Positions 1 to 10,063 of a stretch of 64,000 nt of DNA are shown one piece after another. Made by a program: the position numbers and the translations under genes. The notes beneath the pieces were generated by a model, which made no database searches, was not told where the DNA came from, and saw only the letters and a program-made list of their open reading frames with translations. This DNA comes from Zhengella sp. Its GTDB lineage: Bacteria; Pseudomonadota; Alphaproteobacteria; Rhizobiales; Rhizobiaceae. Position 1 is the first letter of the stretch. Each line of letters starts with the position of its first letter. The DNA lies in assembly GCA_041738295.1 (NCBI GenBank), contig JBGSQC010000157.1, forward strand, positions 265-64,264, read 5' to 3'.

Positions 1-71
1 CGTCGGACAATGACGAGATCGTCGCAACGGCCGGCATCGAAGCAGCCGGCCTCAAGGCGGGCTGACCGCCG

Positions 72-1043
72 TCAGAGTTTGCGCAAGGCCACTTCCTCGA
101 CCAGATGGTCGGCACCCTTGCGCAGGATGAGATCGGCGCGCGGGCGGGTGGGAAGGATGTTTTCCTTCAGGTTCTTCAGGTTGATGTTGGCCCACAGCCC
201 CTCGGCAATGGCGCGGGCGGCATCGGTTGGAAGTTGCGAATAGCGGTGGAAGAAGCTTTCGGGGTTTGTGAAGGCGGTTTTCCGGAGCCGCATGAAGCGC
301 TCGACATACCAATGGTGGATCAGCGGCTCTTCTGCATCGATGTAGATGGAGAAGTCGAAGAAGTCGGAGACGAAGGGTACCACCTTGCCGTCTTTCGGCA
401 GGTCGCGCGTCTGCAGCACGTTGATGCCCTCAAAGATCAGGATGTCGGGACGGTCAACGATCTGGTACCTGCCCTCCAGCACATCATAGGTGAGGTGCGA
501 ATAGAGCGGAGCCTGCACGTTTGAGCGGCCCGACTTGATGTCTGACAGGAATCGCAGCAGCGCCCCGACATCATAGCTCTCCGGAAAGCCCTTGCGGTCC
601 ATCAGGTTCTGGCGGCGCAATTCCTCGTTCGGCATCAGGAAGCCGTCTGTGGTGACGAGGTCAACCTTGGGGCTCGACGGCCAGCGCGCCATCAATTCCT
701 TGATGATGCGCGCAGTGGTGGATTTGCCGACAGCCACGGACCCGGCAATGCCGATGATGAAGGGTGTCTTCATCGCATCATCGACATTGAGGAACTGCTT
801 GCGCTGGGCAAACAGCAGCTGGCTCGCCTCGACATGCGAGGACAGCAGGCGCGACAGCGCCAGATAAATGCGCCTCACCTCGTCCAGATCAATCGGATCA
901 TCCAGGGATCGCAGGCGCTCAACTTCAGCAGCTGACAGCGTCAGCGGTGTGCCGGCGCGAAACTCTGCCCAGCGTGACGCGGTGAAGAAGCGGTAGGGCG
1001 AATAACTTTCGCTGGCGCTCAGCTGGTCCATCCCGACTCCCAA
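72..1043 (-). CDS. coaA: Type I pantothenate kinase
   Basis: [17 protein letters not shown]-loop, [20 protein letters not shown] and ILPTRPRA motifs. True start may be a few codons downstream (MDQL). Confidence 0.95.
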   Translation of the reverse strand: MGVGMDQLSASESYSPYRFFTASRWAEFRAGTPLTLSAAEVERLRSLDDPIDLDEVRRIYLALSRLLSSHVEASQLLFAQRKQFLNVDDAMKTPFIIGIAGSVAVGKSTTARIIKELMARWPSSPKVDLVTTDGFLMPNEELRRQNLMDRKGFPESYDVGALLRFLSDIKSGRSNVQAPLYSHLTYDVLEGRYQIVDRPDILIFEGINVLQTRDLPKDGKVVPFVSDFFDFSIYIDAEEPLIHHWYVERFMRLRKTAFTNPESFFHRYSQLPTDAARAIAEGLWANINLKNLKENILPTRPRADLILRKGADHLVEEVALRKL

Positions 1044-1055
1044 ACCCGGGGTTGC

Positions 1056-1376
1056 TCACCCCTTGCGCGAGGCCTTTTCGGCAAGCCCGGACTGGCCGGT
1101 CCGCCGCTCAAGCTCCGCCATGACTTCGGCCAGCGGAACCTCCGACAGCGCCAGTACGACAAGCCAATGATAAAGCAGATCTGCGCTTTCGGAAATGATA
1201 CCTTCGCGATTGCCGGAGACAGAAGCAATAACGGTTTCAACGGCTTCCTCGCCCAGCTTCTGGGCGGCCTTCTCCATTCCCTTTGCAAAGAGCTTTGCCG
1301 TCCAGGAATTCTCGTCACCGGAGCGCGCGCGCTCGGCAATGATCTGTTCGAGATCGGCAAGGGTGAAACTGCTCAT
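1056..1376 (-). CDS. hisE: Phosphoribosyl-ATP pyrophosphatase
   Basis: [12 protein letters not shown]...ESADLLYH motif; position in his operon. Confidence 0.95.
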   Translation of the reverse strand: MSSFTLADLEQIIAERARSGDENSWTAKLFAKGMEKAAQKLGEEAVETVIASVSGNREGIISESADLLYHWLVVLALSEVPLAEVMAELERRTGQSGLAEKASRKG

Positions 1377-1391
1377 GGTCTCGTCCTTTTA

Positions 1392-1467
1392 TCAGGCATG
1401 CGGGGCCAACCGCGTCTTTCATGCATGCGGGTCCAGCCGTAATTCTCAGGCATGCGGGTCCAGCCGC
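1392..1467. repeat. Three copies of a 22-bp unit (27-bp period) matching the hisF 3' end including its stop codon
   Basis: tcaggcatgcggggccaaccgc (1392-1413), tcatgcatgcgggtccagccgt (1419-1440), tcaggcatgcgggtccagccgc (1446-1467). On the minus strand they read RLAPHA*, RLDPHA*, RLDPHA*. Confidence 0.9.
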
Positions 1468-2228
1468 ATGGGCAGACCGGCTTTCGCCATGTAGTCCTTG
1501 GCTTGGCTGATCGAATAGGTGCCGAAGTGGAAGATCGAGGCAGCGAGCACGGCAGCGGCGTGACCGTCGCGGATGCCCTCCACCATGTGATCAAGGTTCC
1601 CGACGCCGCCGGACGCGATCACTGGCACATGCACGGCATCGGCTATGGCGCGGGTCAGCGGTATGTCATAGCCGGCCTTGGTGCCGTCGCGGTCCATGGA
1701 GGTGAGCAGGATTTCGCCAGCCCCAAGATCAACGACTTGCCGCGCAAATTCCACCGCATCGATGCCGGTGGCGGCGCGCCCGCCATGGGTGAAGATTTCC
1801 AAGCGGTCAGTCTCGCCCGGGCCAGACACTTTCTTGGCATCAATGGCAACGACAATGCACTGATTGCCGAATTTGTCGGCGGCCTCGGCGACAAACTGGG
1901 GATTCTTCACGGCAGCCGTGTTGATTGACACCTTGTCTGCACCAGCCAGAAGCAGCTTGCGGATGTCTGCGACCTGGCGCACGCCGCCGCCGACTGTCAG
2001 CGGCATGAAGCACTGTTCGGCGGTGCGGGCCACCACGTCGAAAATGGTCTCGCGGTTGTCGGAAGACGCTGTGATGTCGAGGAAGGTCAGCTCGTCGGCG
2101 CCGGCGGCATCATAGGCCTTGGCCGCTTCCACCGGATCGCCGGCGTCGATCAGGTCAACGAAATTGACGCCCTTGACGACGCGGCCGTCCTTGACGTCGA
2201 GGCAGGGGATGACACGGGCTTTCAGCAT
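1446..2228 (-). CDS. hisF: Imidazole glycerol phosphate synthase cyclase subunit
   Basis: [24 protein letters not shown]-terminus; [13 protein letters not shown] and PVIASGG motifs. ATG at 2228. Confidence 0.97.
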   Translation of the reverse strand: MLKARVIPCLDVKDGRVVKGVNFVDLIDAGDPVEAAKAYDAAGADELTFLDITASSDNRETIFDVVARTAEQCFMPLTVGGGVRQVADIRKLLLAGADKVSINTAAVKNPQFVAEAADKFGNQCIVVAIDAKKVSGPGETDRLEIFTHGGRAATGIDAVEFARQVVDLGAGEILLTSMDRDGTKAGYDIPLTRAIADAVHVPVIASGGVGNLDHMVEGIRDGHAAAVLAASIFHFGTYSISQAKDYMAKAGLPMRLDPHA

Positions 2229-2335
2229 GGGACGGCCGCCTTTTCGGTTCTGCACGTCCTCGCGGCTTCGCCGCTGCGGGCGCGCGGCCAGTCCTTCACA
2301 TCACGAAAGGGAATGACACGGGCTTTGAGGGTCAT
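2222..2335 (-). other. 37-aa upstream ORF: duplicated hisF N-terminus fused to a hairpin element
   Basis: Translates as [37 protein letters not shown]. Its TGA overlaps the hisF ATG (ATGCTGA). Whether it is translated is not shown by the sequence. Confidence 0.75.
2255..2287. repeat. GC-rich hairpin repeat element, copy 1 (REP/RPE-like)
   Basis: cgtcctcgcggcttcgccgctgcgggcgcgcgg, near-identical to 3529-3562; GCGGC-3nt-GCCGC stem. Confidence 0.85.
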
Positions 2336-2355
2336 GAAATTCAGGCCTTTGGAAA

Positions 2356-2727
2356 CTAGAGCGTATTTTCATCTTCCGTCCAAAGCACACCCTTATAGAC
2401 TTCCATCTGCTGATCAAAGAGCAAAAAACCAGTTGATGCAAATTCACGGATGCCGTGTCCTGTGATGGTGTGCAGCTCAAAGGGGCCAAGTCCATATTGT
2501 GTCAGGTGCACTGCTTCGAGACATGCCGCCGAATCATCTTTGTCCAAGCTTGTGAGGGCGTTTACCTCGATTTTTCCGTAAAGCCGCCTCCATGCAGGAA
2601 TGAGTCGCTGGTTTGCCTGTGACAATGTCGCCGGATCATAGTGATGAAGTGCTACGAACAGCGCGCTTCGGACAACGGAGACCAACAAGTCGCGCCTTGG
2701 TCCGGGAAGTTCGCTGAAGTCCAGCAC
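2356..2727 (-). CDS. Hypothetical protein inserted between hisA and hisF
   Basis: 123-aa ORF filling the gap, same orientation as the operon, GTG start 3 nt after the hisA stop; visibly more AT-rich than the his genes. No family recognised. Confidence 0.6.
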   Translation of the reverse strand: MLDFSELPGPRRDLLVSVVRSALFVALHHYDPATLSQANQRLIPAWRRLYGKIEVNALTSLDKDDSAACLEAVHLTQYGLGPFELHTITGHGIREFASTGFLLFDQQMEVYKGVLWTEDENTL

Positions 2728-2730
2728 TTC

Positions 2731-3504
2731 CTAACGCTCCTGTTCCTCAAATGCCGCGCCTTCCACACTGATCGTGCCCTTCAGGACGCCGAGCGCTTCG
2801 GCTGGGTCAATGCGGCCATCATAGAGCGCGCGGCCGGAAATCGCGCCTTCAAGCTTGGCGGCGTCCGGCATGGTCATTCGGACAATGTCGGCGATGGAGG
2901 CAAGGCCGCCCGAGGCTATGACGGGGATGGACACGGCATCGGCAAGCGCGATGGTTGATTCCCAGTTGATGCCGGTCAGCACGCCGTCGCGGTCAATGTC
3001 GGTGTAGATGATGGCGGAGACGCCCGCGCCTTCAAACTTCTGCGCCAGTTCCACGACGCCAAGTGTGGAGGCTTCTGCCCAGCCCTCGACGGCGACGTAA
3101 CCGCCCTTGGCATCAATGCCGACAGCAATCTTGCCGGGGAAGAGGCGGCAAGCCTCCTTTACCAGCTCCGGGTCGCGCACGGCCACTGTGCCGAGAATGA
3201 CGCGGGCGAGGCCCTTTTCCAGCCAGCTTTCGATATGGGCAAGCGTGCGGATCCCGCCACCGAGCTGCACCGGGTTTTTCGTGGAAGCGAGGATGCGCTC
3301 GACCGCCGCGCCATTGACCGACTGGCCCTCAAAGGCGCCGTTCAGGTCGACCACATGCAGCCACTCGAAACCCTGGTCCTCGAAGGCCTTTGCCTGAGCG
3401 CCGGGATCGTCATTGTAGACGGTGGCGGTGTGCATTTCGCCCAGCTTCAGGCGCACGCACTGGCCATCCTTGAGGTCGATGGCGGGGAAGAGGATTTTAA
3501 CCAC
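2731..3504 (-). CDS. hisA: ProFAR isomerase
   Basis: [40 protein letters not shown] motifs. Likely GTG start at 3504 (MVKILFP); the ORF-track extension to 3570 is repeat-element sequence. Confidence 0.95.
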   Translation of the reverse strand: MVKILFPAIDLKDGQCVRLKLGEMHTATVYNDDPGAQAKAFEDQGFEWLHVVDLNGAFEGQSVNGAAVERILASTKNPVQLGGGIRTLAHIESWLEKGLARVILGTVAVRDPELVKEACRLFPGKIAVGIDAKGGYVAVEGWAEASTLGVVELAQKFEGAGVSAIIYTDIDRDGVLTGINWESTIALADAVSIPVIASGGLASIADIVRMTMPDAAKLEGAISGRALYDGRIDPAEALGVLKGTISVEGAAFEEQER

Positions 3505-3610
3505 GGCCAGTGACTTTCTTGATTTGCGCGTCCTCGCGGCGTTGCCGCTGCGGGCGGCGCGGGGAACCATCCTTCAGGTCGATGGCGGGGAAGAGGATTT
3601 TGCGGGTCAT
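3497..3610 (-). other. 37-aa upstream ORF: duplicated hisA N-terminus fused to a hairpin element
   Basis: Translates as [37 protein letters not shown]. Its TAA falls in codons 2-3 of hisA (GTGGTTAA). Confidence 0.75.
3529..3562. repeat. GC-rich hairpin repeat element, copy 2
   Basis: cgtcctcgcggcgttgccgctgcgggcggcgcgg; differs from copy 1 in the loop and by a 1-nt indel. Confidence 0.85.
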
Positions 3611-3652
3611 ATCTGCGGTTCCGGCTGGCAAGAGGGCACTTCGGTTGCGATG

Positions 3653-3760
3653 TCCCTCCCCTTGAGGGGAGGGATACAGGGTGGGGGTGCACGGCGCAAC
3701 ACGGTCATTTACCGCCACCCGGACCGGCTAGCCGGTCCGACCTCCCCTCAAGGGGGAGGT
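3653..3760. repeat. RIME/CIR-like intergenic palindromic mosaic element
   Basis: Terminal palindromes tccctccccttgaggggaggga (3653-3674) and cctcccctcaagggggagg (3741-3759), inner gggtgggggt/accgccaccc arms, and perfect palindrome ggaccggctagccggtcc (3721-3738). Architecture resembles alphaproteobacterial RIME/CIR repeats. Confidence 0.8.
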
Positions 3761-3770
3761 GGAAGGAAGT

Positions 3771-4421
3771 TCACGGCTTCCACCGCAAGAAATTGGCGAT
3801 CAGGGCCAGGCCGAGCGCCTGGCTCTTTTCCGGGTGGAACTGAGTGCCAGCCTTGTTTTCATGCGCCACGGCAGCCGTCATGGCGCCGCCATAATCGGTC
3901 GTCGCCAGAACGTCGCCTGGGATTTCGGCATCCAGATGGTAGGAGTGGACGAAATAGGCGTGGAGGCCATCGTCGCCGGTGCGGATGCCGCCAAACAGCG
4001 GATGGGAATGTTTCACGTGAATCGTGTTCCAGCCGATTTGCGGTATCTTGAGGGCCGGGTCTGACGGCGTCATCAGCTTCACGTCGCCCTTGATCCAGCC
4101 GAAGCCCTGGGTAACGGTTTTTTCCAGCCCGCGCGAGCTCATGAGCTGCATGCCGACGCAGATGCCTAGGAAGGGCCGGCCCGCCTTGAGCACGGCTTCA
4201 TCAATGGCGTCATGCATTCCCGGCACGGCATCGAGGCCAGCCTTGCAATCGGCATAGGCACCGACGCCCGGCAGCACGATGCGGTCGGCTGTGCGCACCC
4301 GGTCGGCGTCAGCCGTCAGGTCGATTTCGGCGGCGATGCCTGCTTCGCGCGCGGCGCGCTCGAAGGCCTTGGTGGCCGAGCGCAGATTGCCCGAGCCGTA
4401 GTCGATGATGGCGACGCGCAT
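3771..4421 (-). CDS. hisH: Imidazole glycerol phosphate synthase glutaminase subunit
   Basis: [39 protein letters not shown] motifs. Confidence 0.97.
   Translation of the reverse strand: MRVAIIDYGSGNLRSATKAFERAAREAGIAAEIDLTADADRVRTADRIVLPGVGAYADCKAGLDAVPGMHDAIDEAVLKAGRPFLGICVGMQLMSSRGLEKTVTQGFGWIKGDVKLMTPSDPALKIPQIGWNTIHVKHSHPLFGGIRTGDDGLHAYFVHSYHLDAEIPGDVLATTDYGGAMTAAVAHENKAGTQFHPEKSQALGLALIANFLRWKP
4010..4023. promoter_or_regulatory. parS-like site inside hisH
   Basis: gtttcacgtgaatc, one mismatch to GTTTCACGTGAAAC. Confidence 0.65.
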
Positions 4422-4900
4422 CAGTGTTCTCCGGAATAATCAAACAGGCCCATGAAGGGCTCTGGCGGCCGGCCGGACATGGCTGGCTTGAGCGGGGACA
4501 CGGGCGCGGGTGGAGCCACTTCGTCGCCAGACATTCCGGCAGAATCAGTGAACCAGCGGATCTCGGCTTCCGCCGCATTGTCAGCTTGCACCAGACCCGT
4601 CTCCTGCCAGCCGCGACGGGCAAGGCCTGTGATCCGCATCGTGGTGGCTTCAAGGGCGACATAGAGCGAAACCAGCAGAGAGGTGACGGCAACGCCTGCT
4701 TCCGAGAGCCAGCCCTGGCGGGCGGCCAGCGACAGGAAAAGCGTCAGCGCCAGCACCATGGCGGCTTCAACCCATAGCCTGCGCCAAACCAGCCAGACGA
4801 GAGGCAGGACAAAGGCGAGGACGGAGAAGCCCTGGCCAATGAAAAGCGTGCGCTCCCCATCGCGGTCTGCCGGGGCCTCCATGACAACATAGGTGGCCAT
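4421..4900 (-). CDS. DUF2628-like membrane protein
   Basis: [20 protein letters not shown] segment, hydrophobic helices, location between hisB and hisH. Confidence 0.8.
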   Translation of the reverse strand: MATYVVMEAPADRDGERTLFIGQGFSVLAFVLPLVWLVWRRLWVEAAMVLALTLFLSLAARQGWLSEAGVAVTSLLVSLYVALEATTMRITGLARRGWQETGLVQADNAAEAEIRWFTDSAGMSGDEVAPPAPVSPLKPAMSGRPPEPFMGLFDYSGEH

Positions 4901-4904
4901 GATC

Positions 4905-5504
4905 TCAGCCTTTCAGCGAACCCTTGGTGGAGGGAATGGCATTGGCCTGACGCGGATCGATCTCCAGCGCCGTGCGCAGCACGCGGGCCACCGCCTTGAA
5001 GCAGGTCTCGGCGATGTGGTGGTTGTTGGCACCATAGTCGTTGCGGACATGCAGCGTGATGCCGGCATGCTGCGAAAAGGCCTGGAAGAATTCGCGCACC
5101 AGTTCGGTGTCGAAGGTGCCGATCTTGGGTGCGGAAAAATCCACGTTCCAGACAAGGAAGGGCCGGCCCGAAACGTCGATGCCGGCCGTCGTCATGGTCT
5201 CGTCCATGACAAGGTTGAGCGAGGCATAGCGCGTGATGCCGCGCCGCTCGCCCAGCGCCTTGGCCAGCGCCTGACCCAGAGCAATGCCGGTGTCTTCCAC
5301 TGTGTGGTGATCATCAATGTGAAGGTCGCCCACTGCCTTGACCGTCATGTCGATCAGCGAGTGGCGAGACAGCTGTTCCAGCATGTGATCGAAGAAGCCG
5401 ACGCCGGTGGAAATCGAGTGCTTGCCGGACCCGTCAATGGAAACCGAGACGGAAATCTCCGTCTCGTTCGTCTTGCGGGATACATCTGCGGAGCGCGCGC
5501 CCAT
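4905..5504 (-). CDS. hisB: Imidazoleglycerol-phosphate dehydratase
   Basis: [27 protein letters not shown] motifs. Confidence 0.97.
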   Translation of the reverse strand: MGARSADVSRKTNETEISVSVSIDGSGKHSISTGVGFFDHMLEQLSRHSLIDMTVKAVGDLHIDDHHTVEDTGIALGQALAKALGERRGITRYASLNLVMDETMTTAGIDVSGRPFLVWNVDFSAPKIGTFDTELVREFFQAFSQHAGITLHVRNDYGANNHHIAETCFKAVARVLRTALEIDPRQANAIPSTKGSLKG

Positions 5505-5666
5505 GGGTCTTGTCCTGAAGCTGGCTGTTTGTCGGTTAGCCTTCTAACAGTAGGCTCAAGGAATTGAAAGTTGGTTGCGCCTCTCGCTGCTGTTTGCAAT
5601 CGGCTTCCGCTTTCATACATAAGCAGGCAAGACAGGCGGCCGGATCGTGGCTGGCAGGAGTGACCG

Positions 5667-6215
5667 ATGAACGAAAAATCCATGCACGCGACCACCATCA
5701 TCACGGTGCGCAAGGGCAACAAGGTGGTGATTGCCGGAGACGGCCAAGTGTCGCTCGGCCAGACGGTGATGAAGGGCAATGCGCGCAAGGTGCGGCGCAT
5801 CGGCAAGGATGGCGCGGTGATTGCCGGATTTGCCGGAGCGACAGCCGACGCCTTCACCCTGCTGGAGCGGCTCGAAGTGAAGCTCGACCAGTATCCCGGC
5901 CAGCTGACGCGGGCCTGCGTGGAACTCGCCAAGGACTGGCGCACCGACAAATATCTGCGCCAGCTGGAAGCCATGATGCTGGTTTGCGACAAGTCGGTCA
6001 GCCTTGCCGTCACCGGCAATGGGGACGTGCTGGAACCCGAACTCGGCGTGATGGCCATCGGTTCGGGCGGCAATTATGCGCTGGCGGCGGCGCGCGCGCT
6101 TTACGACGTGGTTGATGATGCCGAGGAGATCGCGCGGCGCGCCATGGGCATTGCCGCAGACATCTGCGTCTACACCAATCACAACATCATCGTGGAAAGC
6201 ATGGATGCCCAGTAA
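5667..6215 (+). CDS. hslV: ATP-dependent protease peptidase subunit
   Basis: HATTII N-terminal Thr nucleophile; [26 protein letters not shown]. Confidence 0.97.
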   Translation: MNEKSMHATTIITVRKGNKVVIAGDGQVSLGQTVMKGNARKVRRIGKDGAVIAGFAGATADAFTLLERLEVKLDQYPGQLTRACVELAKDWRTDKYLRQLEAMMLVCDKSVSLAVTGNGDVLEPELGVMAIGSGGNYALAAARALYDVVDDAEEIARRAMGIAADICVYTNHNIIVESMDAQ

Positions 6216-6717
6216 ATCCGAGACCTATGGTTTCCGTGCGCTCGAGGAAACCGACCTGCCGCTGATGCGCCGCTGGATCGCCCAGCCGCACTGGCAGACA
6301 TGGTGGGGCAAGCCTGATCGCGAGATCGAGGAGCTGGCAGCATCCATCGACAGCGATACGGTCGAGCCGATGATCGTGGAGCGAGACGGCCAACCGGTTG
6401 CCTTCGTTCAGTCCTACGACCCGCATCTTGAGGACGACCATCCCTATCAGGACCAGCCCTTCGGGACGCTTGGCATCGACATCTCGATTGGCGATGAGGC
6501 CGAGACCGGCAAGGGCCTTGGCCCGGCCATCCTGGATGCGCTGGCGGAGATCCTGTTTGACGAGGGTGCGACGCGCCTGGTGATCGATCCGCATCCCTCC
6601 AATGCCCGCGCCATCCGCGCCTATGCCAAGGCAGGCTTCGAGCCGATCGGCGAGCGAGACACCCCCTTTGGCCGCGTGGCCCTGATGGCACGCGACAATG
6701 TAGAAATGGAAGGCTGA
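6205..6717 (+). CDS. GNAT acetyltransferase, AAC(6')-Ib-like fold
   Basis: GIDISIG...GKGLG acetyl-CoA motif and [22 protein letters not shown] at 6205 overlaps the end of hslV. Confidence 0.85.
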   Translation: MPSKSETYGFRALEETDLPLMRRWIAQPHWQTWWGKPDREIEELAASIDSDTVEPMIVERDGQPVAFVQSYDPHLEDDHPYQDQPFGTLGIDISIGDEAETGKGLGPAILDALAEILFDEGATRLVIDPHPSNARAIRAYAKAGFEPIGERDTPFGRVALMARDNVEMEG

Positions 6718-6720
6718 CCC

Positions 6721-8025
6721 ATGAGCAATTTTTCGCCGCGCGAGATCGTCTCCGAGCTCGACCGCTACATCATCGGCCAGAAGGAAGCCAAGCGCGCGGT
6801 GGCCATTGCACTTCGCAACCGCTGGCGGCGCCAGCAGCTGGAAAGCCCGATGCGCGAGGAAGTGACGCCGAAAAACATCCTGATGATCGGACCGACGGGC
6901 GTTGGCAAGACCGAGATATCGCGCCGTCTGGCCAAGCTTGCCAATGCGCCCTTCGTCAAGGTGGAGGCAACCAAATTCACCGAAGTTGGCTATGTCGGGC
7001 GCGATGTCGAGCAGATCGTGCGCGATCTGGTGGAAGCAGCCATCGTGCTGGTGCGCGACGCCAAGCGCGAACAGGTGAACGCCAAGGCGCATGTCAATGC
7101 CGAGGAGCGGGTGCTGGATGCGCTTGTCGGCAAGACGGCGAGCCCCGCGACGCGCGACAGTTTCCGCAAGAAGCTGCGAGACGGGCAGATGGATGACAAG
7201 GACATCGAGATCGAGGTGGCCGATACCGGCATGCCCGGCGGCTTCGAGATTCCCGGCATGCCGGGCGCCAATATCGGGGTGCTCAACATCAACGACATGC
7301 TGTCCAAGGCAATGGGGGGGCGCACCAAGACGCGCCGCACGACGGTGAAGGAATCCTACCAGTTCCTCGTCAATGACGAATCCGACAAACTGCTCGACAT
7401 GGACCAGATTACCCAGGAGGCCCTGCTGGCAGCCGAAAATGACGGCATCGTTTTCCTCGACGAGATCGACAAGATCGCCAGCAATGACAGCCGCGGCGGT
7501 GCCGGTGTCAGCCGCGAAGGCGTGCAGCGCGACCTGCTGCCGCTGATCGAGGGCACGACAGTCGCCACCAAATACGGGCCGGTGAAGACCGACCACATCC
7601 TGTTCATCGCATCGGGCGCTTTCCATGTGGCCAAGCCGTCCGACCTGCTGCCGGAATTGCAGGGCCGCCTGCCGATCCGGGTGGAGTTGCGCGCGCTGGA
7701 AAAGGATGATTTCCGCCGCATCCTCACCGAGACGGAAGCCAGCCTCATCAAGCAGTATGTGGCGCTGATGGAAACCGAGGGCGTGGCGCTGTCCTTTACC
7801 GATGATGCGATTGACGCGCTGGCGGGCATCGCCGTTGATCTCAATGCTGCGGTCGAGAACATCGGCGCGCGGCGGCTTCACACGGTGATGGAGCGCGTGC
7901 TGGACGACATCTCCTTCAAGGCCTCCGACATGGGATCGGGCGATGTTGTCATCGACGCCGAGTATGTGCGCAAGCATGTCGGCGACCTTGCACAAAACAC
8001 CGACCTGTCGCGCTTCATCCTGTAA
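6721..8025 (+). CDS. hslU: ATP-dependent protease ATPase subunit
   Basis: [10 protein letters not shown] Walker A, GYVG pore loop, [11 protein letters not shown]-terminal DLSRFIL. Confidence 0.98.
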   Translation: MSNFSPREIVSELDRYIIGQKEAKRAVAIALRNRWRRQQLESPMREEVTPKNILMIGPTGVGKTEISRRLAKLANAPFVKVEATKFTEVGYVGRDVEQIVRDLVEAAIVLVRDAKREQVNAKAHVNAEERVLDALVGKTASPATRDSFRKKLRDGQMDDKDIEIEVADTGMPGGFEIPGMPGANIGVLNINDMLSKAMGGRTKTRRTTVKESYQFLVNDESDKLLDMDQITQEALLAAENDGIVFLDEIDKIASNDSRGGAGVSREGVQRDLLPLIEGTTVATKYGPVKTDHILFIASGAFHVAKPSDLLPELQGRLPIRVELRALEKDDFRRILTETEASLIKQYVALMETEGVALSFTDDAIDALAGIAVDLNAAVENIGARRLHTVMERVLDDISFKASDMGSGDVVIDAEYVRKHVGDLAQNTDLSRFIL

Positions 8026-8131
8026 CCATGATCACACAGGGCAAGGTGAAACGGTTTCATGGTTTCGTTTGCTCTCGACTTCCCCGGCTGCCATCCTTAG
8101 GGAAAGCCGAACAGGAACCAGGCCACCCTGA

Positions 8132-9094
8132 ATGATCAGTCTCACGTCCACCTTGCTTGCCCTTGCCTTGGCGCTGCTGACGCCGGCCACGGCTTTGGCT
8201 GTGGAAGTGGTGCCGCCGGGCAACCGCTTTGTAGACCAACCGGAAATCCCCGGTGGCTCATCCAAGCGCACGGCGGCGATGAAGACTTCCTTCGAGGCCA
8301 AGTACCAGAAGGTGCTGGCGCTGATGCGCAGCGATGGCGACCTGCGGTCCAAGATCAAGGCCAATGCCTCGGCCTACGGGATCAGCCCGGTGCACATCGC
8401 CGGTGCCATTGCCGGGGAACACACTTACAATGTGGATGCCTATGACCGGCTTCAAAGCTACTACGTCAAGGCGCTGTCCTATGTGAACCAGTCCTTCTCG
8501 TTTGCCCATGATGGCGAGAATGTCGATAACTTCATCCAGCGGCCGGAGTTTTCTGTCTGCGCATCGGCCAAGGGCAGCTATGACCAGTGGGGCTGCCGCG
8601 AGCGCGTGTGGAACGCAAAGTTCCGCGGAAAGTCGGCAGGAGGAAAGTCCTGGCCCAACAACCACTTCTCGGCGGTGTTCTTCCAGCCCTTCTATGCGGG
8701 CCAGACCTTCGGGCTTGGCCAGCTCAATCCGCTGACGGCATTGCAAATGAGCGATCTGGTCGCTCGCACATCCGGCCTGCCGAGGCTTGATCATCGCAAT
8801 CCGCAGGCGGTCTACAACACGATCATGGATCCGGACAAATCGCTGCCCTATGTGGCAGCGACGATCCGCAAATCGATCGACGCCTACAAGTCGATTGCAG
8901 GCTTTGACATTTCCCAGAACCCGGGCCTGACCGCGACGCTCTACAACATCGGAAGCCCGGAAGAACGCGCCCAGGCGTTGAGGGCCGAGAATGCCAGCCG
9001 GGTTGCCAGCGGCCAACCACCGCGCCTGCCGGAGGAAAATTACTACGGCTGGTTCGTCAACACGAAGCTCGCCGACCTGAGGTCTCTCTTCTGA
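8132..9094 (+). CDS. DUF1402-family exported protein
   Basis: Signal peptide; VPPGNR, GEHTYNVDAYD, FFQPFYAGQTFGLGQ and ENYYGW motifs. Confidence 0.8.
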   Translation: MISLTSTLLALALALLTPATALAVEVVPPGNRFVDQPEIPGGSSKRTAAMKTSFEAKYQKVLALMRSDGDLRSKIKANASAYGISPVHIAGAIAGEHTYNVDAYDRLQSYYVKALSYVNQSFSFAHDGENVDNFIQRPEFSVCASAKGSYDQWGCRERVWNAKFRGKSAGGKSWPNNHFSAVFFQPFYAGQTFGLGQLNPLTALQMSDLVARTSGLPRLDHRNPQAVYNTIMDPDKSLPYVAATIRKSIDAYKSIAGFDISQNPGLTATLYNIGSPEERAQALRAENASRVASGQPPRLPEENYYGWFVNTKLADLRSLF

Positions 9095-9106
9095 ACCGCC
9101 GCGCCG

Positions 9107-9487
9107 TTAAGCCTTGCGAGCCTGTCCGCTTTTAAGAAAAGCATCCAGCAGAGTATCAAGTGCATCCAGCGCGGTGTCATCCAGACCGGAAATGTCGGTG
9201 GCCAGACGGTTGGCAAAGGCTGTCGCCTTGGGTGAGAGGCCCGTGGTGTCGATTACGGCACGCGGATGCGAGCGGTTCGCCAATTCGGCCAGTTCATCCG
9301 CCTCGTCCCAGATCACGTTGAAATAACCGAGGATCCGCTGGAGCATGGACCAGCTCGGTATCCCGCGATGGCCGTGCTCGAGGGCAGAGAGATAGGCCGG
9401 CGAGACGCCGATGGCCGCTGCCATCTCCTTCTGGCTTACACCGCGCGCGGCGCGCATTTCCCGAAGTCTGGCACCGAAAGGTGTCAT
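9107..9487 (-). CDS. XRE-family HTH regulator
   Basis: MTPFG...SQKEMAAAIGVSPAYLSALEHG helix-turn-helix. Confidence 0.9.
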   Translation of the reverse strand: MTPFGARLREMRAARGVSQKEMAAAIGVSPAYLSALEHGHRGIPSWSMLQRILGYFNVIWDEADELAELANRSHPRAVIDTTGLSPKATAFANRLATDISGLDDTALDALDTLLDAFLKSGQARKA

Positions 9488-10038
9488 GGCACGCGCTCCG
9501 GCGTGCGGCGCAGGCGTACATAGATAGCCCCCTCGCCGCCATGGCGACGCGCCGAGGTTTCATAACCGCTGACAATGGAACGGAAGACCGGCGTGGAGAA
9601 CCAGGACGGCACGGCGCGTTGAAGAACGCCTTCGCTACCGAGCGATTTGCCCTTTCCGGTGATCACCAGTACATGGCGCATCCCGCGGGCATGGGCGCGG
9701 GCAAGGAAATCATGCAGAAAGGCATGGGCTTCGGCCTGGAACAGTCCGTGTAGGTCGATCCGGGCCTCGATCGGCAACCTCCCTTTTTCCAGCTTCCGCT
9801 TGGTGGGACGGTCAAATCCGGGCGGATCGGAGGGGACATGGGGCCTGAGCGCAGGGGCAGCCTGCTTCAGAAGTGGGGGACTGTCCTTCTTTGCTTCCTG
9901 CTCGGCCTGCGCCCGCATCATTTCCTCGACAATGCGGTCCATCACATCGCGGCCATGCAAGGGCTCGGCGGTTCGCGCCACCTTGCCCCACAGGATGCGG
10001 TCTTCAGCCGTCAGTGTCTTTGTCGATTTTGCCGCCAT
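9484..10038 (-). CDS. Smr/MutS2-domain protein
   Basis: RIDLHGL, LVITGKG, HGGEGAIYV motifs. Confidence 0.92.
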   Translation of the reverse strand: MAAKSTKTLTAEDRILWGKVARTAEPLHGRDVMDRIVEEMMRAQAEQEAKKDSPPLLKQAAPALRPHVPSDPPGFDRPTKRKLEKGRLPIEARIDLHGLFQAEAHAFLHDFLARAHARGMRHVLVITGKGKSLGSEGVLQRAVPSWFSTPVFRSIVSGYETSARRHGGEGAIYVRLRRTPERVP

Positions 10039-10063
10039 TGCCTGTCTTTGCAGCCCCGCCTTT

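Noticed and set aside
3-65. Possible 3' end of a plus-strand gene (SDNDEIVATAGIEAAGLKAG*)
   Set aside because: Too short at the window edge to assign a product.
1392-1467. 27-bp periodic repeat as a mini-CRISPR
   Set aside because: Spacers are only 5 bp, the unit is hisF coding sequence, and there are no cas genes.
2222-3610. The his uORFs as histidine attenuator leader peptides
   Set aside because: Neither 37-aa peptide contains a His codon, they lie mid-operon, and no terminator follows them.
6187-7995. 602-aa minus-strand ORF
   Set aside because: Antisense shadow of the GNAT gene and hslU, expected from high-GC codon bias; no motifs.
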